DNA from: an uncultured bacterium
GTDB taxonomy: Bacteria > Abyssobacteria > SURF-5
Reading direction: 5' to 3'
Length of the DNA: 26,968 nt
NCBI GenBank assembly: GCA_964607485.1
Contig: CAZSKP010000049.1
Location: 1 to 26,968, forward strand
The translations under genes were made by a program, and so were the position numbers. The notes under the pieces are model-generated. The model was given only the letters and a program-made list of their open reading frames with translations, did not search any database and was not told the origin of the DNA. Numbering within the stretch: position 1 is the first letter of the stretch; each line of letters starts with the position of its first letter. Positions 24,469 to 26,968 of the stretch are shown one piece after another.

Positions 24469-26303
24469 AAAAATACTTCAGGATTCTCTCATACCTTAAG
24501 CCGTACAAGTGGATGGTTCTGTTGACACTTGTCAGCTCCTTCCTCGTCGCCACGTCATTTGCGGGAGCCATCGGAGGCGCAAAGCCATTCTTTGAACTGC
24601 TGTTCGGCGACTTCAACCTGGAAAGCTACAGGAAGCTTCCGCTGATGAACACGGAAGCAGGGACGGCACTGCTCAATTCGGCCCATGCGTTTGTTACGCG
24701 TGACAAACAGCTCACGCTTATGGTCGTCGCGGGAGTGATCCTCCTGCTTGCGTGCATCCGCGCCGTGTTCAAGTTCATCCAGGGCTATACGGGCGTGTAT
24801 CTCGCGAACCGCATGAGCATGGACATATCGCTTCAGCTCCACGACCGGGTAATGGACCAGTCGCTTTCATTTTTCGACAAACAGGGAGTGGGCAGCACCA
24901 TCTCCGTCTTCAGCTACGACATCAACCTCATCCAGACGGGAGCCAAGATAATCTTCGACAAAATCGTTCTGGAACCCCTGAACATTGCCGCGGCCTTAAC
25001 CATTGCCTTTATTCTGAACCCGAAATTGGCCGCCCTGGCGGTCGTCGGGATGCCCCCCATCGCGTATGTCGTCGGAAGGCTGGGACGCCAGATAAAGAAG
25101 AACGTCCGGAAGACGCTCAAGAACAGGGCGAGCATCTTGACGCTGCTGCAGGAGTCGTTGTTCGGCATCAAGATAATCAAGTCGTTCGTGATGGAAAATT
25201 ACGAACGGCACCGATTTCATGCGGAGAACAGACGGCTTCTGAAAAATTCGATGAGGGTGGTCAGAGCGCGAGAGCTGATGTCTCCGATGGTCGAGATTGT
25301 GACTGCCCTGGGCGTCGGCCTGTTCATTCTCCTGGGAGGACGCGACGTGCTTCAAGGAAGAATGACATCCGGCGACTTCATCGCCTTCTTCGCCGCCCTC
25401 GGCTCAGTATTCGGGCCGCTGAACAGACTGTCGAAGGCGGCGGGCGACATCCAGACCAGCCTCGCGGGCGCCGTGCGCACATTCGAGTTCATGGACCACC
25501 TGCCCGAAGTCAAAGACCCTGAGGGCGCCGCCGAGATGCCGCCCATAGAAGGAAACGTCATCTTCGACGACATCAGCTTCAGCTACGACGGCGAGCAGAC
25601 GGTCATCCATAACGTCAGCTTCGACGCGAAACCGGGCGAGGTCGTCGCACTGGTCGGCGTCAGCGGCGCGGGCAAGACTACTCTCATCAATCTGCTGCTG
25701 AGATTCTACGACGTGTCCGACGGCCGCATATGCATCGACGGCGTGGACATCCGCTCGGTCACGCAGGCGTCGCTCCGCTCTCAGATCGGACTCGTCACGC
25801 AGGAAACGATTCTGTTCAATGACACCGTCGCAAGCAACATCAGCTTCGGCCGGAAAAACTATTCTCGCGAAGAGATTGTCGAGGCCGCAAAGGCCGCCAA
25901 TGCGCACGAATTCATCCGGGAATTGCCCAATGGATACGATACCATCATCGGCGAGCGGGGCATGCTCCTGTCGGGCGGACAACGTCAGCGGCTCGCCATT
26001 GCCCGCACGTTACTCAAGAATCCGGCGATATTCATCCTCGACGAGGCCACGTCCTCGCTCGACAGCAAGAGCGAATCGCTGATCCAGGAGGCGCTCGAAC
26101 GGCTGATTAAAGGACGCACCACCTTCATCATCGCGCACCGGCTCTCAACCATCCAGAACGCCGGCAAGATAGTCGTGCTCGACAAGGGGCGCATCCAGGC
26201 CGTCGGCCGACACGCCGAGCTCTACTCGGGCAGCCCCATTTATCGAAGCCTCTACGAAAAACAATTTCTCGCTCCACCCGAATCGGTTCCGTCAAGGTCC
26301 TGA
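24456..26303 (+). CDS. msbA: ABC transporter permease/ATPase fusion, MsbA-like lipid A-core flippase
   Basis: N-terminal TM domain, Walker A GVSGAGKT, Q-loop VTQE, LSGGQRQR, ILDEATSSLD, IAHRLSTI. The msbA assignment is inferred from the LPS context. Confidence 0.75.
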   Translation: MQELKKYFRILSYLKPYKWMVLLTLVSSFLVATSFAGAIGGAKPFFELLFGDFNLESYRKLPLMNTEAGTALLNSAHAFVTRDKQLTLMVVAGVILLLACIRAVFKFIQGYTGVYLANRMSMDISLQLHDRVMDQSLSFFDKQGVGSTISVFSYDINLIQTGAKIIFDKIVLEPLNIAAALTIAFILNPKLAALAVVGMPPIAYVVGRLGRQIKKNVRKTLKNRASILTLLQESLFGIKIIKSFVMENYERHRFHAENRRLLKNSMRVVRARELMSPMVEIVTALGVGLFILLGGRDVLQGRMTSGDFIAFFAALGSVFGPLNRLSKAAGDIQTSLAGAVRTFEFMDHLPEVKDPEGAAEMPPIEGNVIFDDISFSYDGEQTVIHNVSFDAKPGEVVALVGVSGAGKTTLINLLLRFYDVSDGRICIDGVDIRSVTQASLRSQIGLVTQETILFNDTVASNISFGRKNYSREEIVEAAKAANAHEFIRELPNGYDTIIGERGMLLSGGQRQRLAIARTLLKNPAIFILDEATSSLDSKSESLIQEALERLIKGRTTFIIAHRLSTIQNAGKIVVLDKGRIQAVGRHAELYSGSPIYRSLYEKQFLAPPESVPSRS

Positions 26304-26304
26304 C

Positions 26305-26968
26305 ATGCAGAAAGCCATCGTCGTCATTCCGGCAAGGTACGGCTCCACGCGGCTGCCCGGCAAGGCGCTCGCGGAGATCGCCGGAAAGCCGCTCGTTCAA
26401 CACGTGTACGACCGCGCGCGCCTCTCCCGGTTGGCGTCCGACTGCCTCGTCGCGACCGACGACGAGAGAGTCAAGCAGGCGTGCGAGAAGTTCGGCGGCA
26501 AGGTGATGATGACGTCGCCCGCTCATAACTCGGGCACTGACCGGATGGCCGAGGTCGCGACGAACACCGACGCGGACGTGTACATAAACGTCCAGGGCGA
26601 CGAACCGCTCATCGACCCCGCCGCCGTGGACCTGCTCATCGGGATGATGTTCGACGACCCGTCCATCAAGATGGGCACGCTCAAAAGACCGATAGAATCG
26701 TACGAGGATTTCGTCAATCCCAACATGGCGCGGGTCGTGTGCGACAAAGACGATTTCGCGCTCTACTTCTCCCGCGCGCCCGTCCCCTTCCTTACCCGCG
26801 AAGAATTCGAGAGAGCGGAAGGCCGCGCGCCCGCATTCAAGCACATCGGCATATACTCGTTCAGGCGCGCCTTCCTCTTGGAATTCTCCAAGATGCCCCC
26901 GTCGTCCCTCGAGAAGACGGAACGGCTCGAACAGCTCCGCGCCCTCGAAGCGGGGGTCAGGATAAAGG
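26305..26968 (+). CDS. kdsB: 3-deoxy-manno-octulosonate cytidylyltransferase (CMP-Kdo synthetase), 3'-truncated by the window edge
   Basis: Absent from the ORF track. Manual translation from ATG 26305 gives MQKAIVVIPARYGSTRLPGKAL...VATDD...SGTDR...NVQGDEP...ALYFSR...HIGIY...LEQLRALEAG. Confidence 0.95.
   Translation, partial: MQKAIVVIPARYGSTRLPGKALAEIAGKPLVQHVYDRARLSRLASDCLVATDDERVKQACEKFGGKVMMTSPAHNSGTDRMAEVATNTDADVYINVQGDEPLIDPAAVDLLIGMMFDDPSIKMGTLKRPIESYEDFVNPNMARVVCDKDDFALYFSRAPVPFLTREEFERAEGRAPAFKHIGIYSFRRAFLLEFSKMPPSSLEKTERLEQLRALEAGVRIK

Noticed and set aside
2129..26844. Many long minus-strand and alternate-frame ORFs (e.g. 2129-3211, 4371-5495, 21181-22419, 23047-24450, 26128-26844)
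   Set aside because: They overlap well-supported + strand genes, show no recognisable motifs, and are the shadow ORFs expected in GC-rich DNA.
1..26968. CRISPR arrays, tRNA/rRNA, IS elements, integrases, defence or phage genes
   Set aside because: No regularly spaced repeats or corresponding protein motifs were seen, and nearly all of the sequence is accounted for by the listed genes.

Overview
GC-rich bacterial DNA with every credible gene on the + strand. The window opens in the 3' part of a FecR/DUF6600-type gene, which ends at an intrinsic terminator. A clear sigma70 promoter (TTGAAT-N17-TAGTAT) then drives a tightly packed LPS/LOS-core and surface-glycan cluster of about 25 kb that runs off the right edge inside kdsB. 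Gene order: KdkA-like kinase, divergent KdsA, transaldolase, split HldE-like kinase and nucleotidyltransferase, GT2, tandem two-domain Kdo/WaaP kinase, GT4, ArnT-like GT-C, two GT4, alkaline-phosphatase-superfamily protein, two GT2, methyltransferase, a lower-GC cassette (GT-C + GT2), GT9 heptosyltransferase-like, Zn-ribbon methyltransferase, GT4, MsbA-like ABC exporter, kdsB. Two observations stand out. (1) The kdsA-tal-hldA-hldC module deviates from the canonical substrate-selecting motifs in KdsA and in the HldE-like pair, which suggests a non-canonical higher-carbon sugar pathway. (2) A cassette of about 3.3 kb sits between two ~90% identical 132-bp direct repeats of the GT9 5' end, with gene stubs at both edges, so one recombination event could excise it. 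I saw no RNA genes, CRISPR arrays, transposases or integrases. All family calls come from reading motifs by eye, not from database searches.
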